Part shown: positions 45,761 through 59,080 of the stretch, one piece after another
Layout of the letters: each line of letters begins with the position of its first letter
How positions within the stretch are numbered: position 1 is the first letter of the stretch
DNA from: the human T2T-CHM13v2.0 reference genome, Homo sapiens
Strand: one strand, 5' to 3'
NCBI RefSeq assembly: GCF_009914755.1
Contig: NC_060926.1
Length of the DNA stretch: 64,000 nucleotides
Program-made: the position numbers and the translations under genes
The notes under the pieces: generated by a model
Database searches by the model: none
Told to the model about the DNA's origin: nothing
What the model saw: only the letters and a program-made list of their open reading frames with translations

Positions 45761-45975
45761 CTAAGAAACAAACACAAAAAATAATTCAGGTGCTGATAGG
45801 TGAAATAGCCAGTATAAAACAGAACCAAATTGACTGGCTAGAGTTGGAAAACACACCACAAGAATTTCATAATGCAATCACAAGTATTAACAGCAGAATG
45901 GACCAAGTTGAGGAAAGGACCTCAGAGCTTGAAAACTGGCTCTCAGAAATAAGACAGTCGAGCAAAAATAAATAA

Positions 45976-46156
45976 AATTTTAAAGAGCTCATTGTATTAG
46001 ATTAGGTACACTTGGATAATCTTCCTGTCTTCACATCAACTGATTATTAACATTAATTACATCTGTGCAATCCATTTTGCTATGTAATACAATATAATCA
46101 TCAAAGTAACACTGGGAGGCTAAGGTCATGACCATCTAATATTCTGTATACCACAC
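45976..46156 (-). mobile_element. MLT1 LTR, right part (continuation of 39380-39791)
   Basis: ttttaaagagctcattgtattagattaggtacacttggataatc...taattacatctg...attctgtataccaca. Confidence 0.75.
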
Positions 46157-47330
46157 AATCGTATTGCTTTCTGAGGTCATTGAACACTTTCAGAATTCAT
46201 GAAAGTTGGATATTCACTATAAATAAGATAGATATGGCTAGCAAGAAGAAAAATATAGGGATTCTATACTTAAAAGTTACAGCTATTTCCATTTATATAA
46301 TTAATAGTCACAATAAAAATTTAAATGTGAATAAGTGAATAGCAAGTATAGACAGTTTAGCAAAATAATGAGAATTAGATATATTAAAGAATTTTTAAGG
46401 TAGTCTCAGGAAAAGTGTAATATTTGTCATTTATCCTGAAATGTCAAAAATTTTCCTAAGCAGAACTACTCACCACCGATTTCTCAGTTTCATCCCTGAA
46501 AAAAAAAAATCATTCAAGTGGATTTATTTTGGCAAAGTGAAACTGTGAATTGCTTGGCTCCAAAACAGCTGCCCATACTCGGCAGGACTGCATTCCCACA
46601 CTCCATTCACCCCTACCCCATCCCTTCCAGGAACACTTGGACTAGGATCCAGCTCTAGACCTGCAAGAAGTTGTGTTCCAGCTCTTAAATCATTAGTAGG
46701 ACCAGATTTTACTCAAAAAACTATTCTAGCATTTGAAATTATTTCCACTGCTTTGTTGCTTACACTGAAATCGTCCCTCAAAAAATATAAGAAATAGAAT
46801 ATGAGCCCTGCTTATTCTTTAGGACAAAATTTAGGATGGTGTATCTAACAAATGGATTGTGATTATGAAGATGGTTTTACATTTGTCCCTAGATTCTTCT
46901 GTTTTTCTCAGGCCTCTATGAATCTTTCTCTCTGAGAGATCCCGACTTGCTGAGAGCAAGAACTATTGAAAGGAAATGAAGTAAATAACTGATGGTTGCC
47001 CATGGCAATTAGGAAAATAAAGAGCAAACTTCCCTCTTTGAATATTACTTAGTGTCAAGATTAATTATAATCATTGACTATACAAGTCTAAATATTTGGG
47101 CACTTATATTTTTGTAGTTAGGCATATGATATTACAAAATAATTTTGAGAGCTAAGAGACATATATATGTATTTTAGAACTCCAATACCAGTAGCTTTCT
47201 CAGTAGCATATAGTTTTCCAATCTGTTGGAAAAAGCTTGGCTTCAACTAGGAGAGATAAGTAATAGAGCTAGAGTTCCAATTCTGTTCAATATGAATAAT
47301 AATATTTCACCAGTAAAAATTAAATATGTA

Positions 47331-48496
47331 TAGTCATGTGCCCCTTAGTAAAACTGATATGTTCTGAGAAATGCGTTGTTAGGCAATTTTGTCATTATGC
47401 AAACATCATAGATGTTTACAAAACCTTGACCACATAGTCTGCTACACATCTAGGCTATATGAGATATAGCCTATTGCTCCTAGGCTACACACCTGTACAG
47501 CATGTGACTATACTGAACACTGTAGGCAATTGTAACATAACGGCAAGTATTTGTGTATTTAAACATATCTAAACATAGAATAGGTATAGTAAAAGTACAG
47601 CATAAAAGATGGAAAATGTTACGTCTGTATTGGGAACTTACCATAAATGGAGCTTGAAGACTAAAAGTTACTCTGGATAAGTCAGTGAGTGAATGGCGAG
47701 TGACTGTGAAACCCTGGGACATTACTGTATACGACTGTGGATTTTATAAAAATGATACACTTAAGGACCATGAAATTAACATTATCTTACTATACCTTTT
47801 AATCTAATATATTTTAACGCTTTTATATGTTTCAAAGCTTTGATTTTTTATAATAACATTTAGCTTAAAACACAAACACATTGTGCAGCTATACAAAAAT
47901 ATCTTCTTTTGTACCTGTTTTATAAGATTTTTTCCTTTTTCAGCTTTGTACACCTTTTTGTTAAAAAGTAAAATGCAAACACACACATTAGCCTAGGCCT
48001 ACACACGATCAGGATCATCGATATAATTGTGTTTTACCTTCACACCTCGTCCCACTGGAAGGTCTTCAGGGGCAATAACATGCATGGACCTGTAGTCTGC
48101 TGTGATAACAATGCCTTCTTCTGAAATATCTCCTGAAGGACCTGCCTGAGACAGTCTTACAGATAATTTTTTTTAATAAATAAGAGTATGCCCTAAGATA
48201 ACATTAAATAGTAAAGTATATACATAAATGAGTAACATAGTAATTTATTATCATTATCAAGTATTATGTGTTGTACATAATTATATGCACTATTCTTGTC
48301 TATGATTGGCAGCACAATAGGTTTGTTTATATCAGCATCACCAAATGCACTTGAGGAATGCATTGAGCTTTGAAGTTATAATGGCTATTATGTCACTACA
48401 TGGAAGATATTTTTCAGCTCCATTAGAATCTTATGGGACCACTATTTTAAATGCAGTGTGTCATTGACCAAAGCATTATTATGTGGGGCATGACTG
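47331..48496 (-). mobile_element. Tigger3b-like (Golem) DNA transposon, full length
   Basis: TIRs tagtcatgtg ... catgactg flanked by TA; internal ttgctcctaggctacacacctgtacagcatgtgact. Confidence 0.88.
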
Positions 48497-49559
48497 TAAA
48501 CGTTTCAAAGAAATTGGTTTTCCCTTTCATTCTATTACTGTTCCACCACTAGCTGTTTTGTACGTTTCTCTTTCTGTGCTGTTCCTTAAATTAGAACTCC
48601 TCTAAATGTATTTCTTTTATTTATCCTGTCCCAGAACAATCTCATTAACATTCCTTGGAAATGTTTCCTCTCATCAGGAATGCTCTTCTGAGGCCTGTAC
48701 CTGAATGACCATTTGTCCCCATTAAGACTCATTTGGGGGCAAGTAACATAAATGGAAAAAAAAAGTAGACTAAAGTAACTAAGCCCAAGGGTAGTATGAT
48801 TTAAGCTAAAGGTGATTTCAGGCTCCAAGTAAAGTAATCAGGGTTCAGCTTATCTCCATTTGTTAACTCTTCTTCTAGTGGGTTGGACCCATTTTCAAAG
48901 AATCCCTTCCCTTACATAGCAGTCCATATAGAATCTCACTTCAAATACAGTTTAAAGAAAAAAAAATTTTATCTTCAAAGGCAAAAGCAAAGTCTGGCAC
49001 CAGATTTCCATTGACCCAGCCTGGATGCTGGTATTAGATGCTCTATTACGCTCAAGTGAGATAAATAGCCATTTCTGGCCCTCTTTTTAGTTGTTTACAA
49101 TGCCCCACTTTGGAGAAATGCTGGAGTGCATTTAAGAAGGTTCTATTCATGAATAGAAGAATCTCAGTTGTATAGAAAATGATTTATTTGAAATTACCTG
49201 CTATAAAAACTTCCCAGGCTCATTGCTTTTTGGATCAACTCTGTCTCTTCTACTTCCTTGTATTGCTGTCTGGAAGAACCATGGCTCACAATGGTGCAGA
49301 ACTTTTTATCCTGATATCTGAAGTAAATTGATCTGAGTTTATATTAGGTTGGATCTTAGTGCCCATATTATCTACTGGGAGTTTCCCAGCCTGGTATGAT
49401 GGAGCTTAGAAGAGAGTAAATTAGCTTTTACAAGTCAGTCTCTCAATATTTATTTAGTGAGTGAGTGGACAAATGAATGAATATTTCTTGGAGGTATTAT
49501 TCATTTTGTGTTCCCTTCATACTTCAAATTATTTTTTACCTTTAGTAAGAAATGGATAC

Positions 49560-49889
49560 TGACATGGCTTTAATGAATCTCCTCCAGATTTCAAGTGTTG
49601 CCAATGTGATAGTCCTAAGAGGTCAGGCCTTTAAGAGGTGTTTAGGCCATGAGAGATCCTCCCTCATGAATGGGATGAGGTGATTTATAAAGGGTCTTGA
49701 CAGAGAGAGTTGGTTCTCTCTTGCCCCTTCCACCTTCCACCATGTGAGGATGCATCAAGAAGACCTCAGAGCCTGGTATCTTGATCTTGGACTTCCTAGC
49801 CACCAGAATGGTAAGAAGTAAATTTCTGTTCTTTATAAATTACTCAATCTATGGTATTCTGTTTTAGAAGCACAAAATGGTCTAAGACA
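49560..49889 (+). mobile_element. MST (C/D-like) solo LTR
   Basis: gttgccaatgtgatag...ctttaagaggtgtttaggccatgag...cacaaaatggtctaagaca. Confidence 0.85.
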
Positions 49890-50310
49890 CATAATTTTAC
49901 CCTTTCTAAATCCAAATTGAATGCAATTTTATCATAAAGTTTTATCGTTTCTCTAATAAAAATGTTTTTAAATTTTTTGAAAGTCCACAAATGTATATAT
50001 ATTTACATGCATATCTATATGAAGGTCAAACTTTGATTCTGCTTTGTTTCGGCTTTCTTCTTTGTATTACTTTTCTCCAAAGGGTAAAATACACACTTGT
50101 TTTATTCTCTTATTCCTACAGCACCTAACATAATTCTTACTAAAAAATATTATTTAATGAAGAAAATTATTATATAATACATTTTGTTGATACATTATTT
50201 TCTACATATTATGTGTCAATTTTGTTCCTTACTGTCCTCAGCTGGAATCCATTTGAAGAGACAGAACTGTATTGTGTAGATTCAAGCAATACATAGTAGG
50301 ATACCATACA

Positions 50311-50688
50311 TACTGTAGGGTTTGGCTCTGTGTCCCCACCCAAATATCACCTTGAATTGTAATCTCCATAACCCTCATGTGTCAAGAGCAGGACCAGATG
50401 GAAGTAAGTAGATCATGAAGGTGGTTTCCCTCATGCTGTTCTCATCACAGTGAGTGAGTTATCTTGAGATTTGATGGTTTTATAAGCATCTGACATTTCC
50501 CCTGGTTGCACTCATTGAGTCTTGCCACCCTGTGAAGAAGGTACCTGCTTCTCTTGCCTTCTGCCATGATTGTAAGTTTTCTGAGGCCTCCCAAGAACTG
50601 TGAGTCAATTAAACCTATTTTCTTTATAGATTACTCAGTCTCCAGTCTTGGGTATATCTTCATGGCAGTGTGAGAATGAACTAATACT
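50311..50688 (+). mobile_element. THE1 (C/D-like) solo LTR
   Basis: ggtttggctctgtgtccccacccaaatatcaccttgaattgtaat...gtgagtcaattaaacct...gaactaatac. Confidence 0.9.
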
Positions 50689-52771
50689 CATATAATGGAT
50701 AGTAACAAGTAAATCTTTATTTACCACTTATTAGAAGCTTGACTTAACCAATTATCAAATTTTATATAAGCTTTAATGTTATTGGGAAATATCCTTTTCC
50801 TGTAAAAATAAATGAGATTACCTACCTGAAGTACCTTAGGCCTTTCTAATATTTTCAATTTTCATTAAATGTTTATTTTTATGTATCTATAGATATCTTG
50901 AATATGTATTGTAAATATTATATGTATGTAGAATATATGTATTCTAGTATTTCTTCCAGATAGCACTTAAAAACCAGTGTTTGCATTTTTGCATGTGAGC
51001 AAGCAATTCCTACTTACAATGATGGAAGAAATAGATACCCTGGAAGAAGGGAAATTAAATTCATACTTTCAAAGCATCCTTCCCAACAAATCAAATTCAT
51101 CTTTTGCACAGAAGGAATAATTAGATGAAGATATATTTTAAGTCAGATTGTTAGTATTTTGGCCACATGGCTACATCAGAAGTGTAGTTTAGAATTCCGT
51201 TCATTTTTATTTTTTAAATCAAAACACACATTGAACTGTACTTAATTTTTAAATGCAAAATACATAAAACTCTTGCATTTCTTGGAAATAAATTCTCTTT
51301 ATTCTACTAATAAATAAACATTGTTACCTCCATTGAGGCAAATGACAGAAATTCTTACAATTGATTATCCTATATGGGTATGAAAACTTTAACATGCTCC
51401 TCTAAGTAACTGAATACTACAGAGTGATTTTGGATCAATGTGGCCTTATTTTGAATATAACATACAAAATCATTGAGTGTTTTATGATTTATCTTCATTT
51501 TAACTCAAGCTTTGGGATATATGAAGACAGAAGATAAATCAAAATGTGTCATGTATTATATTTTCTGAAGTTATTAATATATATTTAGCAAAAGGTAAAA
51601 TAGCACAGATATACCAACCAAATTTTCATGTGAAGAAAATATTTTATATAAATAATGTTTCTTCTTTTATATGAAATCACTGCAAAAATGAGAAAGCTAC
51701 TTTTTATATTCCCCAATGAATATTCCCCAGTCCTGTGATTCCAAGTTCAGTAAAATTTAGAAAATTATGGCCAAGAAATTTAGTAGACCGAATGTACCTT
51801 CACTTTCTGGAATGTACTTGTAACCCTACATTCACAGTCAGAAATTTGCTTGAATGAAAAAGTGTTCAAAGTAATTATTATCTTGTATTTGGCTTCTCTG
51901 GGTACCTGTTTGGCTTTTATTTCTAAATAAAAAAACAAAACATGCACAATGTAAATATTTTTAGTTTGTAAAATTTTCTTTCCAATTACATATTTTGAGA
52001 TGTTGTATATACTGTAACATTTTGAAGTAATTTTGCCCAAATTAAGAAAAAAAATTCATTCATCTTTTTATCTTCTTTTTATTTTGGTTCACTTTTCACC
52101 TGGGTATTAATATGGATGTTGCAGAAAGAATAGCTCCTATAAATGATAGGTTGCTGTATGGATATGCAACAAAACCATCTTTATTTTACAGAAAGGTCTC
52201 ATTACTCTAAAGAAGGCCAGTGAAGAAATTTATATTGACCTTTTGGCATGACCTTTCTAAACCAACTGTTCCCTAGTACATAAACTAGTGAGTTTACTGC
52301 ATAGAGACACCCAAAGGAGTAAAACATGAAGTGGGAGACTTTGGCCCTATTAGAAACCTTAGGGCCAGGTTCTGTTCCTTATCACCTATGAGATTTCCCT
52401 TGTTAATGATGCTGAGTTGGGCATATTTATTTTTTAGCCATTTCATCAACAACTTTTGCTTATGACTAAGGATGTCATTTCTTGTTCCCATTACATGGTG
52501 TTTTAGTACATTCCTGCTGCTTTAACAAAATATCTTACTTTGAGTAATTCATAGTTTATAAAAATTCCTTATACATTCTTTATAGATTCTGACAATTCCA
52601 TAAGTGTCATGAATTTCAGTAGGGAAGTGACTTTTCAAAGTGAGCTCTGGACAGGTAGCCATAAGTAAGACTACGGTGGCACGGATATGCTGTGCTTTGA
52701 TCAGTTGTGTGGTATGCAATTTTTATTATAAATATCACTGAACTCCATATGACAAAAATTACTCATCAACT

Positions 52772-53042
52772 TTTATTTTTTTTTGAGACGGAGTCTCGCT
52801 CTGTTGCCCAGGCTGGAGTGCAGTGGCGCGATCTCGGCTCACTGAAACCTCCGTCTCCCGGGTTCACGCCATTCTCCTGTCTCAGCCTCTCCGAGTAGCT
52901 GGGACTACAGGCGCCCCCCACCACGCCCGGCTAATTTTTTTGTATTTTTAGTAGAGACGGGGTTTCACCGTGTTAGCCAGGATGGTCTCGATCTCCTGAC
53001 CTCGTGATCTGCCCACCTTGGCCTCCCAAAGTGCTGGGATTA
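52772..53042 (-). mobile_element. AluY lacking about 25 nt at its 5' end
   Basis: gggttcacgccattctcc and ttcaccgtgttagccaggatgg diagnostics; stops at gctgggatta. Confidence 0.95.
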
Positions 53043-53462
53043 AATTAGATGTAAAATGTTGTTCAGGTTTATTAAATAAAGAAAGAAAAAGATTGTTAAC
53101 TAGATGTCTTATTTTGTTTTTCTCTGACAACAGCTGTCTTGTAAATTGGTATATTTAGATCATGCACATTTAAAGTAATTATTGGGCTGGTAAAAAAGTT
53201 GGGCTGGTATTTATTATGTTTATAACTATTTTCTATTCATATCATTTATTCTTTGCCTCCCAACAATCACTCTTTTTCTTATTTCTATTGTTTTAATTGA
53301 CACTTAAAATAATCCCATTACATTTCCTCTCCTAGCATGTCAGTTATACTTTAGAACAGTTTTAGTGATTTATGTGAGTTTGCAATACACATTTTTAACT
53401 AATCTCAATCTACCTTTAAATAAGACTTTGAATAACTCAACACAAATATCACTTTACAAGAG

Positions 53463-53822
53463 TGTTACAGACTCAATATTTGTATTCCCCTATTCCCCCA
53501 AAATGTGTATGTTGAAACCTAATCCCTATGGTAAGAGTATTTGGAGATGGGTCTGTGGGAAGTGATTAGGTCATGAGGGCAAACTGTTATGGATAGAATT
53601 AGTGCCTTTACAAAAGAAACCCTAGAGAGCTAATTTGCTCTTCTGCCGTGTGAAATCCCAGTGACTGGACCGTCCTCTGTGAACAAGCCCTTGCCAGACA
53701 CTTAATATGCACATGGCTTGACCTTGGACTTCCCAGTCTCAGAACTGAAAACTGCATTTTTGTTGATTATAAGCCACCTAGTGTATGGTATCCTGTTATA
53801 AAAGCCTGAGCAAACTAAGATA
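53463..53822 (+). mobile_element. MLT1A-type solo LTR
   Basis: atgttgaaacctaatccc...gtgattaggtcatgagggc...ttggacttcccagtctcagaactg...actaagata. Confidence 0.85.
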
Positions 53823-54191
53823 CAAGTAATCCCAATTCCTACCATTATTTATGACACTACTGCCATTTATTGTATTCATTTATATACTATATTCATTCAA
53901 TACATTGTTACAGTTATTCCTTTTAAACAAAATATTATCTTTTAGGTCAATTAAGAATAAGAAAATAAAACATTTTATTTTAGTTTCATTCATTCCTTCT
54001 ATGATATTCTTCCTTTCTTTATATAGACCAGTTTCTGACCTATACCCTTTTTCTTCTCCCTAGGAACTTCTTCGAACATTCCTTGCAAGGCATGTCTACT
54101 GACCATAAACTTTCTCAGTTTTTGTTTGTCTGAGAAGGTCTTTATTTCTTCTACACTATTGCAGGATAATTCTATTAGATATAGAAATGTA

Positions 54192-54466
54192 GGCCAGATG
54201 CGACGGCTCACACCTGTAATCCCAGCACTTTGGGAGGCCGAGGCGAGCAGATCACGAGGTCAGGAGATTGAGACCATCCTGGCTAATACAGTGAAATCCA
54301 GTCTCTACAAAAAATGCAAAAATAATTAGCCAGGTGTGATGGCATGCGCCTGTAGTCCTAGCTACTCGGGAGGCTGAGGCAGGAGAAATTGCTTGCCCAG
54401 GAGGTGGGGGTTGCAGTGAGCCAAGATTACACCACTGCACTCCAGTCTCCAAAAAAAAAAGAAAAG
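54192..54466 (+). mobile_element. AluSc-like with a short 3' internal deletion
   Basis: TSD agaaatgtag; cactccagtctcc-A tail lacks the cctgggcgacagagcgagactcc segment. Confidence 0.92.
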
Positions 54467-55143
54467 AAATGTAGATGGTGTGTGTGTCTCTGTGTGTTTC
54501 ACTTTCAACACTTTAAGTATTTCCCCCCACTCTCTTCTTGCTTTCATCTAATGAAAAACCAACTGTAATTCTTAGCCTTATTTATTTACAGGTAAGTTTT
54601 CTTGTTTACCCTTGGCTCCTTTCAGTATGTCTCTCTGTCTTTGATTTTCTTTGGTTTAAAAAATATATACCTAAGTATAGATTTTTGACATTTATTCTGC
54701 TTGGTATTCTCTGCACTTCTTGAATCTGTATTCAGTATCTGCTGTTAATTTTGGAAAATTCTTAGCCATTATTACTTTAAATATTTATTTGGATCTGTTC
54801 TTCCTTTCTTTACATTCTGGTATTCAGATGTACCAGCTAATATTCTACTAGAAAGAAAATAAAATATAAAATTGAGTAAAATAAAACAAAATAAAATAAG
54901 GAGTAGCAACACAATGCATTAAATTCAATGCAACGGATTAAATATGTTTTGATCTGTTAAAAAAAATCAATCTGAACAATGATGTGGTTTACAGTTAGTA
55001 TGCAATATAGAACTCTGAATTTAATTTTTTTATTTTTCTACAGTGGTTTTACAGTAAAAATAATTTGAGTTTAAGTTTGGATTGTTACTTTTAAAAACAG
55101 AGCTAATTAGCATTGTTTATTACTTTCTCACCTTAATTTTCTT

Positions 55144-55150
55144 ATATATA

Positions 55151-55193
<43 letters not shown>
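55144..55193. repeat. Compound (TA)n(TG)n(TA)n microsatellite
   Basis: Directly visible. Confidence 0.95.
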
Positions 55194-55197
<4 letters not shown>

Positions 55198-55504
55198 AGA
55201 TTATAGATCTGTAATGCTTAGCATAAGTCCTGGTAAATTGTATCTATTCAATGAACATTTGTTCTCCCTTTAATTCCTGCAATCTAGATGGTGGTTCATG
55301 GATATAGTTGCTCGCTAATTTTTTGAGCATATTAAGGACTTAAAAGCTAATGATGGTGTGTTGTTATGTCAAGGCCAGCAGAGCATATCACTTTAAAAAA
55401 CTGGCAATAGAAACTTCTCTTTAAAAATTGTAAAAGTAAGTAAAGTTTAGAAACCAACCAAGTACGAGCAATGCAATGTTAGCATCTCATTGGTTCACAC
55501 CAGT

Positions 55505-56055
55505 GAAAAGTATTTAAGAACAAAGAAATAGTATACTGTACCACACAGAAACTTGCATGCAAATGTTTATTGCATGTGCAGCTATATTCTTACTTACTAA
55601 AACTTAGAAGCACCCAGCTTATCCTTTAATAGGTAATCATTCCTTAATTAGATAAACAAACTCTGCTATATCCATGCAATGACATAATTATCAGGGGTAA
55701 AAAAATAAGCCATCCAGTCATGATTAGACATGGAGGAAATTTGAATGCATATTTCTATGTGAAAGAAGCCAGTCTGAAAAGTCTACATATTGTATGAGTC
55801 CAAGTATATAATCTTCTAGAAAAGGCAAAACTATAGAGCTAGTGCAAAGTTTAGTCATTACCAGGAGTTGGGCATGTGGGGGATAAGTAGGTGGAGCACA
55901 GGGAATTTTTAGGGCAGTGAAATTATTATGTATGATTCTGTAATGGTGGATACATGACATCATGCATTTAGCAAAACCCATAGAACTGTATAATAAAAAG
56001 AGTGAACCCTAATGTAAACTCTGGTCTTTAGACAATAAATGCATCAATGTTGGCT
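55505..56055 (+). mobile_element. L1MC1/2-like 3' end fragment
   Basis: agacatggaggaaatttgaatgcatatt...aaaggcaaaactatag...aaacccatagaactgta...gagtgaaccctaatgtaaac. Confidence 0.85.
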
Positions 56056-56694
56056 TCTTAATGCAATTTCATTTTAAAATATAAGTTTCCTTATTTTTTC
56101 CACATATTTCTTAGGGGAAAATTTTAAATAATTTCTAGCTTCACTGTTTTCTAATGGATAAAAGCATAAATTAAATATGCTTTTACTACTGAGAGGATAT
56201 GACATTGTAGTAACAGATTTATTAATAATCAAGAATGTATTAACATATTTATATAAGGTAACATTCTGTGTATTTTTGTTTCCAAATAACTCAGAATTGA
56301 CAAAATAAAAATATAATTATTCAATGATGAATATCACAATGAGCAATATTGATCTATTTCATAATTAAACATTTCATCCTGTCAATCACAGGGATACTCA
56401 GTTCAAATACATCAAAAGAAAACATTCTTCAGGTAAATTGAAATTACAATAGTTTCAATTTGTACAAAAGTTTAGATGTTGATAACAGTTTCAGAGCCAC
56501 TTCTCTGTATAGAAAAGCTTTCTGGGGATGTCATGGTTGTAAATGAAAACAAAAATACAGATTTATAGATAACAAAATGAAGAGAAATCTGTTATAAATA
56601 TTGATTGTATGATTATGAGGTCTTTAGAAATTACAAATTATTTTATCACTATATTTTAAGTGTAGGATATACTTAATTTGAATAATAATATTTA

Positions 56695-57118
56695 TTACAT
56701 ATGAGCTTAATTGTGTCTCTTTAAAAGACACAATGAAGTGCTAAACTCCAGTATCTTAAAATGTGAACTTATTTGATAATAGAGCTATTGCAGATGTCAC
56801 TAGTTAAGATGAGGTCAGGTGACTGCTGTCCTTATAAGAACTGGGCACAGAGATACAGACATATAGGGAGAATGTCCTGTGATGACAGAGTCACAAACTG
56901 ATGCAGTTGCATGCCAAAAGATGTGCCAAGAATTGATAACTGGCACCTGAAGACAAGAGGTAAAGAAAGATTCTCTCCTTCAGGTTTCAGAGGGAGCATG
57001 GTATTGCTAACATCTTGATTTTGAATTTCTGACCTCCAAAACTGAGAGAATAAGCTTTTGATGTTTTAAGCTACCTAGTTTGTGGTATTTTGTATGACAG
57101 TCCTAGAAAATGAATACA
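56695..57118 (+). mobile_element. MLT1C/B-type solo LTR
   Basis: ttgcagatgtcactagttaagatgaggtca...ttcagagggagcatgg...ctagaaaatgaataca. Confidence 0.85.
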
Positions 57119-58499
57119 AATAGTAAACCATAAGCAAAACTACAAGCATGGAAATTTACCTTAATTCACTTTCTGCATAACACTTATGATTCAAAAATTG
57201 ATATTATATTTTGTATTTTTAATTATCTTTCTCACGTAGGAGAACATAAACATCCTGAGGGCAAAATCTTTATTCAGTTTTTATTTTACTCATAACACTT
57301 AGAATATCAAGTGGCAATTGATGTGTTTGCTAGTCAGGATATTATTCTGGTGAATACTGTTCATTCTACGTAACAAGAAACCACTGATGTATCAGTGGTT
57401 TATGAAAGGTTTAGTTTAACTGATGCTACCTATCCAAAACAGGCAAAGCAGTGGGACTTCCCCTTCCTGCGAGTCAGGTAAAATATTTGATACATGTTTT
57501 CATAGCCACAGAGATGGGGGGAAACAGAACATGGCAAAGAATGACTGGACTCTAAAAAGTTTTATATTCTGGATTAGTCAGAATTTCAACAGAAAACAGT
57601 TGGTAAATACAACTAAGAATAATTTGAGGAATGCTTCCATACGAAGGAAGGAGCATGAAAGAATTGTAAGCAATAAATCTGGAACTGGCATTCAGTGAGG
57701 ATAAAAACAAACCCTGGAAAAAGAAGGAGTAGAAGATCAGACCACCTGGAGAACAAAAGTGACCTTCAGTAAAGAGACACATGTAGGGAAGACAACCTCA
57801 TGGGGAAGAGACCAATAGAATAAACACCGTGACCCTTGTCTCCTCTTCCTTTCTGCCTTCTTACAGGGTTCTCCACAGGCTGAACCTAACCTAAAGCCAG
57901 AGGGTGAGGGAGCCTCCTAATGTATTCGTGAGAAGTCAAAAAAAAAAAAAAGGCCAATGAGAGTCAGGAAGAGTAGAAAGAGTTGCATTAGAAGATATTT
58001 TACACATTACTTTCCTTTTTTTATGTTACCATTATAAAGTGATATATCTAGAAGCAATCTTGCACATCAATCTTTATCTACATCTCAGATTGTGTAAACT
58101 TTATAGCTTACTGTTTTCCCTCATGAAAAGTAAAGTATCCCATTGTAAGAGTAAGACACTATACAACTATGTTATATAGTGTTAACTTCTGTTAATTGTT
58201 TGTAAGACAAATTATTGGGGTGATTACATGAAATAAGGAGGTCTAAATTAAACTTTCAATGGCAGAAAACCAGCAATATATAAGAAACAGAACAAACATT
58301 CTTAATGTATTTAATGTATTTCAATCTGTGTATTTAGCATCTACTTAAAATTTTTTAAACAATTTAACTCTAGTTTTTAATATAGAGACCATTACACCAT
58401 TTCTTCTTATATTTTTTAAATTATATTTTATATCATCTTTATCATTAGGATAAGCAGGGGAGAAATGTTGAATATATTGATTGATGTATCTGATATATA

Positions 58500-59080
58500 C
58501 ACTCATGTGCCACATAATTATGTTTTGGTCAATGACAGACCATATATGTATGATGTTGGCCTCATAAGATTCTAATGGCCCTGAAAATTTTCTATCATCC
58601 AGTGATATTGTAAGCCACCTAACGTTGTAGCAAAATGTATTGCTAGTGTTTGTGGTGATGATGGTGTAAACAAATTTGCTCTTCCTTCGGTGATACTAAA
58701 GTACACATGCAATTGTGTGCAGTACATAGTATTAGATAATGATAAACTCTGTTACTGGTTTATGTGTTTTATATAATACACTTTTTATCATTAGAATTAC
58801 CCCTTCTACTTATGGAAAAAAAGTTAAAACTCTACAGTAGCCTTAAGCAAATCTTTCAGGAAATATTACAGAAAGAAGCATCATTACCATAGGAAATAAC
58901 AACTCCATGAGTGTAATTACTTCTGAAGCCTTTTCAGTGGGACAAGATGTGGAGGTTCAGACAGTAATATTGATTATCCTGACCTCATGTTGACATAGTC
59001 TAATGTGTTTGTTTGTCTTTTTTTTTTGCTTTTTGTTTATTTTTACAAGAAAGGTTTACAACATAAAAGAAAAAAAAAAG
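58500..59080 (+). mobile_element. Tigger3b-like, left half only
   Basis: TA plus cactcatgtgccacataa...cataagattctaatgg...gtgggacaagatgtggagg; ends in the internal A-rich tract with no second TIR. Confidence 0.82.

Larger units (their letters stand above)
39792..45975 (-). mobile_element. Near full-length older L1PA (about PA14-16) with 5' inversion; 39792-44270 is minus (mid-ORF1 to 3' UTR), 44271-45975 is plus (5' UTR to early ORF1)
   Basis: ORF2 remnants ([24 protein letters not shown]; NTLLTVLDRSLRKKINKDIQDLN) on minus. ORF1 start atgagaaagaac at 45197 and coiled-coil LELENTPQEFHNAITSINSRMDQVEERTSELE on plus. Confidence 0.88.
53090..54830 (-). mobile_element. L1MC/MD ORF1-ORF2 fragments, interrupted by MLT1A and an Alu
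   Basis: ORF1 remnant EEIKTFSDKQKLRKFMVSRHALQGMFEEV on minus; ttggaaaattcttagccattattact. Confidence 0.8.
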
